A DNA stretch of 64,000 nt from Candidatus Poribacteria bacterium (lineage in GTDB: Bacteria; Poribacteria; WGA-4E; WGA-3G): NCBI GenBank assembly GCA_964291315.2, contig OZ219753.1:224001-288000 (forward strand). The letters run 5' to 3'. Each line of letters opens with the position of its first letter. The stretch's first letter is position 1. Below are positions 37,939 to 45,978 of this stretch, piece after piece. Made by a program: the position numbers and the translations under genes. The notes beneath the pieces are model-generated. The model saw only the letters and a list, made by a program, of their open reading frames with translations. It was not told where the DNA came from and did no database searches.

Positions 37939-39354
37939 ATGTCGCAGCAGGAGGCACACCTACGTGACTATTTTCAACTCATCCGAAAACATGCTTTTAC
38001 ATTTTGCCTGAGTATTTTGCTGGTATTAGGAACCGCCTTAGTTATCTCACTCCGTTTACCTAAAACCTATGCTGCTTCCACTTTAATGTTGCTCGTCCAA
38101 CCTAGCGCGACCCCTTCTCTTCCGTCAGTGAATCTTTTTCAGAACGTCCTCTCTGGAGGCGTTGATCGCAGGGAAATGGAGACAATCAGTACTCGATTTT
38201 CCACAGAGTCGATGCTAAAGACTGCCATCGAAAATCTTGAGGATGCCGGAAATGCGGACGCGGTTGCTCTTTTTCCGCCTATTGGTAAACTCAAACGACT
38301 GCTGAAGGCCCAGCTAAATCCTGATTCTGACTATATCAATCTCTCAATTGCCTTGACCGAGTCAGAAGGAGGAGAGCGCAATGCAGCTCTTCTTGTTAAT
38401 CAACTCGCTCAGGATATGAAAACGTTGCGGCGCGGAGACGAAGAGACAAAGCTCAGGAAACGGATGGAATTTCTCACTGACAAGCAACGGGAAATCCAAT
38501 CTGAAATCCAGAGAGATCTTGATGCTCTTCTCCAATTCGTGCGTCAAAATGGTGCCCCAGAGACTTGGGGACCGACACTCACCAATCTCCTTGAACGTTA
38601 TGCTAACGTCCGGGAAAATATTGAGACAAACCAGCAGCAGGCCTATGCAGCGCGTGCCCATATTACTTATCTGCAGGAACAACTCAGACTTTTGCCGGAG
38701 CAGACACAACTATCCGAAACGACTGCTTACGACCCTGTCTGGCTTTTTCAAAAAGAAAAGCTGTTCGATCTTGAGGCACAACGTGTTGCTGATAAAGAAA
38801 GAGTAGGCAAAACAGCATCGGAGTTGAAGGGGCTTGACGCGCAAATTGCAGATATTCAAAAGAAAAACACGCAAATCTCACCTACGACGACTAGCATCAC
38901 CGCCGGTCCTTCTGCACACCACACCTATATAAAGAACCAGTTAACAACCTTCATTCCCACTCTTTCGAGTCATGAAAATTCTGTGGTGCGTCTCAAGCAG
39001 GAGCTTGGCACTTTAGAAGCTGAACTGGCGCGGTTTCTGGAACAAATCCCTGAAAATCAGATTATTCTGACACAGATGGGGGCCAAAATTCAGAAGACTA
39101 ATATGCTTGCTGAAGAAATCGCCAAACGTTCGCTCGAAGCTGAAATATTATATGCTGAATCCAAATTAACAGCTGCTCGCAATCAGGTGGGCGGTATTGA
39201 AATCATAGATCGCGCTGTACCGAGGAAGGTACCCGTTAGTCCCCAACTCAGATTTGTCCTTGTTATTGCGGGGATCACTGGTACGGTTCTTGGGATTACT
39301 GTTATCTTGTTTAGTGAATATTTTAGCAAGGCCGCTGAGGGTTCAAGAAACTAG
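37939..39354 (+). CDS. Wzz/GumC-like polysaccharide co-polymerase family protein (2 TM, long coiled coil, no kinase domain)
   Basis: HLRDYFQLIRKH, PKTYAAST, IIDRAVPRKVPVSP plus C-terminal TM. Confidence 0.8.
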   Translation: MSQQEAHLRDYFQLIRKHAFTFCLSILLVLGTALVISLRLPKTYAASTLMLLVQPSATPSLPSVNLFQNVLSGGVDRREMETISTRFSTESMLKTAIENLEDAGNADAVALFPPIGKLKRLLKAQLNPDSDYINLSIALTESEGGERNAALLVNQLAQDMKTLRRGDEETKLRKRMEFLTDKQREIQSEIQRDLDALLQFVRQNGAPETWGPTLTNLLERYANVRENIETNQQQAYAARAHITYLQEQLRLLPEQTQLSETTAYDPVWLFQKEKLFDLEAQRVADKERVGKTASELKGLDAQIADIQKKNTQISPTTTSITAGPSAHHTYIKNQLTTFIPTLSSHENSVVRLKQELGTLEAELARFLEQIPENQIILTQMGAKIQKTNMLAEEIAKRSLEAEILYAESKLTAARNQVGGIEIIDRAVPRKVPVSPQLRFVLVIAGITGTVLGITVILFSEYFSKAAEGSRN

Positions 39355-39362
39355 CCTAAATT

Positions 39363-39397
39363 ATATTTGAAAAAAAAAGACTTTTTTTTTCAAATAT
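39363..39397. other. Perfect 16-bp AT-rich inverted repeat (terminator or operator) abutting an extended -10 TGGTATAAT
   Basis: ATATTTG-A9 / GAC loop / T9-CAAATAT. Confidence 0.6.
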
Positions 39398-39409
39398 GGT
39401 ATAATATAT

Positions 39410-39655
39410 AGTATATCTAACGGGCAGTGATTATTAAGCCTCCGATATAGCAAATATTTCGTGAGTCTATGTCGAGGCTTTTAGATAGTCTTAAAGTGTG
39501 TTTTAAGATAAATTAGTTCTATTATCGGTTCGCGGTTATCTTCAGGCAACAGCAGCAGGTGAAATCGTCTAGGATGTGTGACTGGTGTTCCTCGAACGAA
39601 GAGGCTTCGCTAGTGCAATTTTTAATTCTGTTGGTATGCCTTCCCGATATTGACT
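39410..39655 (+). ncRNA. Candidate structured RNA of unknown family
   Basis: Follows TGGTATAAT; several nested stems with G-U pairs favouring the + strand; no long ORF. Confidence 0.35.
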
Positions 39656-39777
39656 TTCTTGTCTTAAGGCTAGTAAAAAATGAATGACACTGATGCATTT
39701 AAAAGTTGAAAGTATATTACATTTTCGGTATGATATGCAAAAATCACCTTAATGAATATAATTTTCTATTAAAAAAC

Positions 39778-39806
39778 TTGACAAAAATTCAACTCAGTGC
39801 TATTTT
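39778..39806 (+). promoter_or_regulatory. sigma70-like promoter for the 1106-aa gene
   Basis: TTGACA-17 bp-TATTTT with extended TG. Confidence 0.65.
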
Positions 39807-40174
39807 AAAACCCAAGAACAGTTTTGTAGGTGTTCTATCGCGCGCGTTTATCAAGCGCGTTTATCAAGAATTTTCACAGGACTGACCCTTAATTTGTTGG
39901 AAGGAGACTCGCTTTTTATGCTTGTTCGTGCAATATCTCTAATGTTGGGGTATCCATGGGCAGTAACTACGAAAGCTGAAATTGAAATACCGTCCATCTT
40001 AACTAACGACATTTTTCACCTTTTCGTTTACTAGCAAAGCAGTTTTCATCCATTTTTAAGGTTTTTTGTTCGGAGAGCGGGGTAGATATAGCGTGAAAAG
40101 CATGCCTTACTTACATCGCTGTTCCGTTACCCAAATATCTGATACATCATCTCCTAAGGAGGAAACATAAAATA

Positions 40175-43100
40175 ATGAATAGGCTAAAACAATCGATTGA
40201 TGTTTTACTTGTAGTGACCTGTATCCTGAGCGCTTTTGTGCTTTACGGCTGTGGTGCACAGAGCCTCGGTCCACAAGAACCCCTATTACCAACGATTGAG
40301 GGGAATTCTAAATTCTCAGCACGGTTTCAGTTAGAAGAAGAACCTCAATTCTTCTATGATCTATTTGGTAAAGAGCTACTTGAAGGTAACGAGGTCTATA
40401 ACTATCGCGAGCAAAAAGAGTTTGACCAGAACGGTGAATTGTTTGTCGGTTGGACGGGGCAGCTTGATAGTGAAAGATTCTCGGCGCAGCTGGACAGAAC
40501 CGTTTTAACTGAAGACAGCTTCCGCGGTAGATATACCGAGTTTGCTATCGGTGATAGCATGCGTTTCAAGCCGTCTACGTTGTTCCCAAACCGTTATATC
40601 CTTTACAAAACCGAGTTTGACGGGCTTCGTTGGGATATCTCTTTTGCACAGGAACGTCATCTGTTTACACTCATCAACTCTCGTATTTCGAACCCCGTCC
40701 AGTTAACAGATGCGGCTGCGAACCTCGCTCCCACCCTCGGGCGGCGAAACGGTTTAAACGAAGATGCCGGGGTACGCCATATCGAAAACGCACGTCTCAT
40801 GGGTTTCCGTGCACAAGGGCTCTTAGGCGACATTTTCCGCGTCGGGTTCACTTATGTTAATCTTCATAAAGAACACCCAGAACGTGTTGAAAACCCAATG
40901 ATGGGTACCGTGGCGAATACGCCCCCGGAAAGTATTTCTGTTGTTTTTCGAGATGATTCACCTGAAGACAATCATAGTCTCGTTACGCAATTCTCCGGTT
41001 ATGATGAAGCCAAACACGGTGATAGGCTCCAAGGCGGTGTTGGGGCAGCTTTCAATAAGATGACAGTTACTGTGGTTACACAAGAATTGGAAGATCTAAC
41101 AGCGGAAGAGATTGAAGCAGGTGCTAGTCCGAAAACACAGCCATCGCAAACCGAAACGATTGAAGTTTTTTCCAGCGATATCACGCCTGTTGATGTAGGA
41201 GGGCTTCCTTCTGATGTGCGTATGTCTGGAGACTGGGCAATTGTAGACGGCTTCGATAAGATGAAGTATGACTTGGTTTTTGAAGAACACCAGATTGATC
41301 CTCGCACCGTCCAATCCGTGGTTTTCGATATGATGGTAGCAGGGGATTACAATATCGCCGTTATTGGCTTCAGTGATGCAAACAGAGCTGCTGAAGGGGC
41401 TGACCCGCTCGCCGAGGAATGGATTAAAACCGAAGACGGTCATATCCAAATGCCATATCGTGATGTTATTCAAGCCCCGGGCAACTATGGACAATCTTCT
41501 GAGTATACCAGCGACCGGGCAAATCTTCACGATAATCCAGATGCTTGGACAGGCGAAGGCAGACCGCGTAAAATTAGTTACCGCTACGGTGCAGCACGCG
41601 CAGCAGTCCTCTACGGGCTCGACCTTGAAGGAACTATCGGTAACGTTTTCCTGCGGGCACATTACTCCATTAACGGGAAATACAAACAGTATCCGACAAT
41701 CCCCAAAGAGCAGATGGGCTTTAGCAGACTCAAACCTACTATCGTCGGCGAAGATGGAGAAGAAGAAACCGGTATCTCTATAGATCCAGCAACAGGCTTA
41801 CCGTTAGACCGAAACGGGATACCTACCTATTCTGAAACTGAAGGGGAACGTTTTGAAGCTAGGTTGGGTGGCGACGGAACCGATGAAAGTGGCGACGGCG
41901 AACTAGGTAGAGAAACCGCATGGTTCATTCACCTCAGATCTCGCTTTGGAAAGCTGTACCTTGAAGGTGTCTACTATCATATTGATCCGGGGTACACCAC
42001 AACTTACCTCAACTTTGGTGCTAATACCGGTAGGGATCAAACCTACACCCTCGAAAGGACCCCCGAATCTCAAGCTGAAAGGGACCCGTGGGACGAAACC
42101 AATTACGCCCTCATTGAGGATGACGATGATGATGATGACTGGCCGGATGATATCGACTTCGATGGAGTCCTGCCACGTGCTGATGACAGAGACCAGAACG
42201 GAGTCCTTGATTTCCAAGAAGACTTCCTCATCTTTGATGCCGACCCGCCGGTCTTTACTGATCTCATTGACCTCAATAACAACGGGACTATCGACTCACT
42301 TGAGGATGACTTCGAACCACAATATGAGTACGGAGTAGACAGGGAAGGATACCACGTCTTCGCTGAATATGACCTGCTTGATAACCTTTCGCTCAAAGTC
42401 GGATGGCTCAACGAAAGCCAAGTTTCAAGCCGCCGACAGAATGATTCTAGGTATCTACATGTTACCTATCAACGGGACATTCCAGACTTTGGAACGGTCC
42501 TCTTCCAAAACCGATTCGTGCGGGTTCGCGACGATATTCCGGACTACACGATTACACTGCGCGTTGGCGAATTGGAGCCCGTCCAGATTTCTGACGAGCT
42601 TGACTTTTACAACGCTCGCGTGAATACCACAACGCTTCAGTTTCTTTATACTGCTGTCCCCAACCTCACATTAGAAGCAAAATTCCTTGTTGTTCTGCAA
42701 AAACAGTTCCAGCAGGATGAAGCTAGCGCCATTTTCTTAGATGTTGAAGGATCCGGGGCTGACGGTGATCCGCTGAATGCTGATCAGCGGGTTGACTTCA
42801 TGGTACCTGTTGAGCAGGTTCGTGCCAGTGGCGAAAAGCGGGAATTCCCGTTCTATCCAGATCACGGGATTAATGCGCTTGACTCCGAGGATACGGGCTT
42901 AATCTACGACTCTGAAAACTGGAAAAAGCGTCGCTACCCAGAACGGGATATCCGCAATCAGCAGACGATTCTCAAAGCACGGTATGAGATTCCGCTTGGA
43001 GATCTTCCCTTCGTTGACAGAATCGGTGAAGATTTAACGCTGACACCCATGGTGAAATATATCTGGGATCGCGCGTTCGACCGCGGGGCAGAGGACATTG

Positions 43101-43495
43101 GCGACTCGCTTAACCCACGCCTCTTCGTTCCAACTGATGATGAGCCGGTCGAGTATCTACGCTTCAACCGTAGGAGCCGTGAAGATGTTCTCGGTGTCCG
43201 GCTTGACTATTTGTTCACACAGCGGATGAACATCCTTGGCGGTTTCCAATACCGCAAGTTCACCAACCGGGACAACAACTTCAAGCAATACTTGACTAAC
43301 TTCCCGGAAGATGAAGATGCTCCAGTGCTTTTCCGTCCGGACCTGCGGACACGGATATTTGAAGTCCAAGCAATTAACCGTGGTGAATGGCTTGGCTTTA
43401 ACATTGTTATCCTTGCAGGTTACCGGCGAACGACTATATTGCTCGACCACACGACAAGTAATACGACATTCGTGCGAGCGATGATGGGTTTCTAA
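40175..43495 (+). CDS. Large lipoprotein / outer-membrane beta-barrel-like protein with Asp-rich Ca-binding motifs
   Basis: RBS AAGGAGG, lipobox LYGC, EDDDDDDDWPDD, DRDQNGVLD, DLNNNGTID, amphipathic beta strands, ends FVRAMMGF. Confidence 0.75.
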   Translation: MNRLKQSIDVLLVVTCILSAFVLYGCGAQSLGPQEPLLPTIEGNSKFSARFQLEEEPQFFYDLFGKELLEGNEVYNYREQKEFDQNGELFVGWTGQLDSERFSAQLDRTVLTEDSFRGRYTEFAIGDSMRFKPSTLFPNRYILYKTEFDGLRWDISFAQERHLFTLINSRISNPVQLTDAAANLAPTLGRRNGLNEDAGVRHIENARLMGFRAQGLLGDIFRVGFTYVNLHKEHPERVENPMMGTVANTPPESISVVFRDDSPEDNHSLVTQFSGYDEAKHGDRLQGGVGAAFNKMTVTVVTQELEDLTAEEIEAGASPKTQPSQTETIEVFSSDITPVDVGGLPSDVRMSGDWAIVDGFDKMKYDLVFEEHQIDPRTVQSVVFDMMVAGDYNIAVIGFSDANRAAEGADPLAEEWIKTEDGHIQMPYRDVIQAPGNYGQSSEYTSDRANLHDNPDAWTGEGRPRKISYRYGAARAAVLYGLDLEGTIGNVFLRAHYSINGKYKQYPTIPKEQMGFSRLKPTIVGEDGEEETGISIDPATGLPLDRNGIPTYSETEGERFEARLGGDGTDESGDGELGRETAWFIHLRSRFGKLYLEGVYYHIDPGYTTTYLNFGANTGRDQTYTLERTPESQAERDPWDETNYALIEDDDDDDDWPDDIDFDGVLPRADDRDQNGVLDFQEDFLIFDADPPVFTDLIDLNNNGTIDSLEDDFEPQYEYGVDREGYHVFAEYDLLDNLSLKVGWLNESQVSSRRQNDSRYLHVTYQRDIPDFGTVLFQNRFVRVRDDIPDYTITLRVGELEPVQISDELDFYNARVNTTTLQFLYTAVPNLTLEAKFLVVLQKQFQQDEASAIFLDVEGSGADGDPLNADQRVDFMVPVEQVRASGEKREFPFYPDHGINALDSEDTGLIYDSENWKKRRYPERDIRNQQTILKARYEIPLGDLPFVDRIGEDLTLTPMVKYIWDRAFDRGAEDIGDSLNPRLFVPTDDEPVEYLRFNRRSREDVLGVRLDYLFTQRMNILGGFQYRKFTNRDNNFKQYLTNFPEDEDAPVLFRPDLRTRIFEVQAINRGEWLGFNIVILAGYRRTTILLDHTTSNTTFVRAMMGF

Positions 43496-43505
43496 ATCGC
43501 AGTTG

Positions 43506-43549
43506 GATCGCTGGACACGGTTTCCATATGTTCAGCGATCTTTCGTTTT
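43506..43549 (+). terminator. Intrinsic terminator-like hairpin after the 1106-aa gene
   Basis: GATCGCTGGACA...TGTTCAGCGATC followed by TTTCGTTTT. Confidence 0.6.
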
Positions 43550-43761
43550 ACAATATCATTTGGAGTATTATTCTCCACACTCGAATTAAACGCGTAACTT
43601 CTTAAGCGTTCAGGTGTTATTTAGGGAGATGATGTTGTGAAAGGGCGGAGCGTTTTAACATAGCGATGCCGCGACTTAAAAACTGCCTAGAAATAAATTG
43701 AGTTGTTGGAGAAGGTTCTATGCCTTAGCCATACAACCCATATATTATTAAATAAATTGTA

Positions 43762-43790
43762 GTAACTTGCCACCGTATGTGGCAAGTTAC
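43762..43790. other. Perfect 12-bp hairpin just upstream of the exbB RBS
   Basis: GTAACTTGCCAC-CGTAT-GTGGCAAGTTAC. Confidence 0.65.
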
Positions 43791-43817
43791 CCTTAAGTTG
43801 AAGGAGGATTAGAACGA

Positions 43818-44807
43818 ATGACTCGTTTTAGTTTAGTGTTAATGTTAATCACATGTGTCGGCATGTCCGCTGGCACGGCCCTTGCACAAGACAGTGGTGG
43901 CACTGTCCGAGGCGAAATTGTTGATACAACTACAACAGAGAATCCAATTCAAGGTGTCGAAGTCAAAATTGTTTCCCAAGGACAAGAATTCACAGCAACT
44001 ACTGATGCTAACGGCGAATACGAAAGTTCTGGTATTCCGGCGGGTCGCTATCTTATCAGTATCTATAAAGATGGATACGGCGAACGGCTTGGTAAACCCG
44101 TTACAGTTGTTAATGGCGGCGACCACTATGTTCGGCTTAAAATGACTAAAAAGGACAACATCGTCACTTTCTTCGCGAAGTTTGGATTTGTTTTTTATCC
44201 ACTTGCCCTCTGCTCTATCACTGCATTAACCTTCATTATCGAAAGGCTTTTTACCTTTCTTCGGAGTCGCTCTCGGATCGGAACCGAACAGTTCATCGCT
44301 AACATTGCCGACTCGCTTCGAAAAGAGAACATTATGGAAGCCGTCTCGATTTGTGAAGAAGCTGGCGGTCCGCTTGCCAACGTACTTAAAGCAGGATTGC
44401 TCCGATACAGCCAGGCTCAGATTGAAGAACGTGATATTAGCAAAGAGGAAATTCAGGAAGCAATTGAGGAGGCAAGTCTCCTTGAAATTCCTGAGCTTGA
44501 AAGAAACCTGCCGGTCCTCGGTACCGTTGCAGTTGTTTCCCCGCTCTTTGGCTTGCTGGGAACTGTTACGGGTATGATTAGCGCTTTTACTACAATTGCG
44601 CTTGAAGGAACAGGTGATCCACAGCAGCTTGCAGGTGGTATCTCACAGGCACTTCTCACAACTGCTGCTGGTTTGACAGTTGCTATTCCTTGCCTGATTT
44701 TCTTCCAACTCTTTGATAGCTGGGTTAACAGACATATGGTTGAAATTTCTCAGGTTTCCACCGAGATCGTCAACCAGCTAATCGTTGGTGAAGCAGGAGA
44801 TGCCTAG
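43818..44807 (+). CDS. exbB: MotA/TolQ/ExbB proton channel with N-terminal carboxypeptidase-regulatory-like beta-sandwich
   Basis: SPLFGLLGTVTGMI and GGISQALLTTAAGLTVAIP; signal peptide, GTVRGEIVD...TTDANGEY...GRY. Confidence 0.88.
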   Translation: MTRFSLVLMLITCVGMSAGTALAQDSGGTVRGEIVDTTTTENPIQGVEVKIVSQGQEFTATTDANGEYESSGIPAGRYLISIYKDGYGERLGKPVTVVNGGDHYVRLKMTKKDNIVTFFAKFGFVFYPLALCSITALTFIIERLFTFLRSRSRIGTEQFIANIADSLRKENIMEAVSICEEAGGPLANVLKAGLLRYSQAQIEERDISKEEIQEAIEEASLLEIPELERNLPVLGTVAVVSPLFGLLGTVTGMISAFTTIALEGTGDPQQLAGGISQALLTTAAGLTVAIPCLIFFQLFDSWVNRHMVEISQVSTEIVNQLIVGEAGDA

Positions 44808-44916
44808 TCTCGAAACGGGCGGATAGATTCATGCCGTCCTCTCCTCACAGACTTTGTAGGGGCTAAGGTCAGCATACCTTACCCCTGATCTCATCAATGA
44901 GAAAGGAGACTTTGAA

Positions 44917-45366
44917 ATGCAACAAAGTGGTGGCACTAAACTGAGCTTGCTTGCAGTCAAAATTAGAGAACGCAAGCCCCCAACACTCAGCATGGCACCC
45001 ATGATTGATTGCGTGTTCCTGCTCTTGATCTTTTTCATGGTGTCAACAACCTTCGCGCCAATTCCGGGGCTTCGGGTGCAATTACCGCCACCAGGCAAAC
45101 CCTCACCTGATAAACCGAAAGGGCTGACTGTGCGAATCGCAAACCCGGAACCGGGCCAGGACAGAGGGACGATGGTGCTGAACGACGTTCTTGTCCAAAT
45201 TGATGAAATGTTCGATCACTTTATCAATACACCTGAAGAAACCAAAAACATGCTAATTATCCAATCGGAGCGCGATGTCCTTCATGAGCAGATCGTTAAG
45301 GTAATGGATATAGCGAAACAGGCAGGTATAGATAAAATTGGGTTCGCTATCGTCGCAAGAGAGTGA
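44917..45366 (+). CDS. exbD: ExbD/TolR family protein
   Basis: MAPMIDCVFLLLIFFMV, VKVMDIAKQAG. Confidence 0.88.
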   Translation: MQQSGGTKLSLLAVKIRERKPPTLSMAPMIDCVFLLLIFFMVSTTFAPIPGLRVQLPPPGKPSPDKPKGLTVRIANPEPGQDRGTMVLNDVLVQIDEMFDHFINTPEETKNMLIIQSERDVLHEQIVKVMDIAKQAGIDKIGFAIVARE

Positions 45367-45418
45367 CACTCTTCAAACGACATGATAGCATTTTACTCTC
45401 TATAGAAGGAGGATCCAC

Positions 45419-45841
45419 ATGGCTTTAAACATAGCTCGACGGAAGAGAACGGGTGATGATGAAGATATTCCGATGGCACCTATGATTGATTGTGTCTTCT
45501 TGTTACTCATTTTCTTCATGGTATCTGCTGTTATGCGGGTTCCACCGCCTTTTACCGTTACTTTACCAGATTCCGCTACGCAGCATGAATTTACACGCAA
45601 GAAGTACAACCTCTTCATTAATAGTGACGGGCGAATTTCCATTGATGATCAAGAAATGTTAACTCTGGAAGATATGGAGTTTTTCCTAGCTGCACATGAA
45701 AACCAGATTAGCACTTTGATTATCAGAGCGGACAAACGCGCAAAGCACGGCGACGTTATTGACGTGGTAGAACGAGCGAAACAACGTTCTAGTAAAACGG
45801 AGGGGCTCGAAATCGCTTTCGCGGTATCCGAAGAAGACTGA
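45419..45841 (+). CDS. exbD: Second ExbD/TolR family protein
   Basis: MAPMIDCVFLLLIFFMV, IIRADKRAKHGDVIDVV. Confidence 0.88.
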   Translation: MALNIARRKRTGDDEDIPMAPMIDCVFLLLIFFMVSAVMRVPPPFTVTLPDSATQHEFTRKKYNLFINSDGRISIDDQEMLTLEDMEFFLAAHENQISTLIIRADKRAKHGDVIDVVERAKQRSSKTEGLEIAFAVSEED

Positions 45842-45861
45842 AGAGGATAATAGAATTAAAA

Positions 45862-45897
45862 AAAAGAAAAAGGCAGCACATGCTGCCTTTTTCTTTT
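45862..45897. terminator. Bidirectional intrinsic terminator between exbD and gltB
   Basis: AAAAGAAAAAGGCAGC-ACAT-GCTGCCTTTTTCTTTT. Confidence 0.85.
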
Positions 45898-45978
45898 GCA
45901 AGACAATACTAATTCTGGATAACACTTAAAGACTTATCCTGATCAGAAATTTTTAACGCACGCTGCTTGAAGTGTTCT

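Noticed and set aside
37939-39354. Capsule/EPS biosynthesis locus
   Set aside because: The Wzz-like gene has no neighbouring glycosyltransferase, flippase, polymerase or tyrosine-kinase domain.
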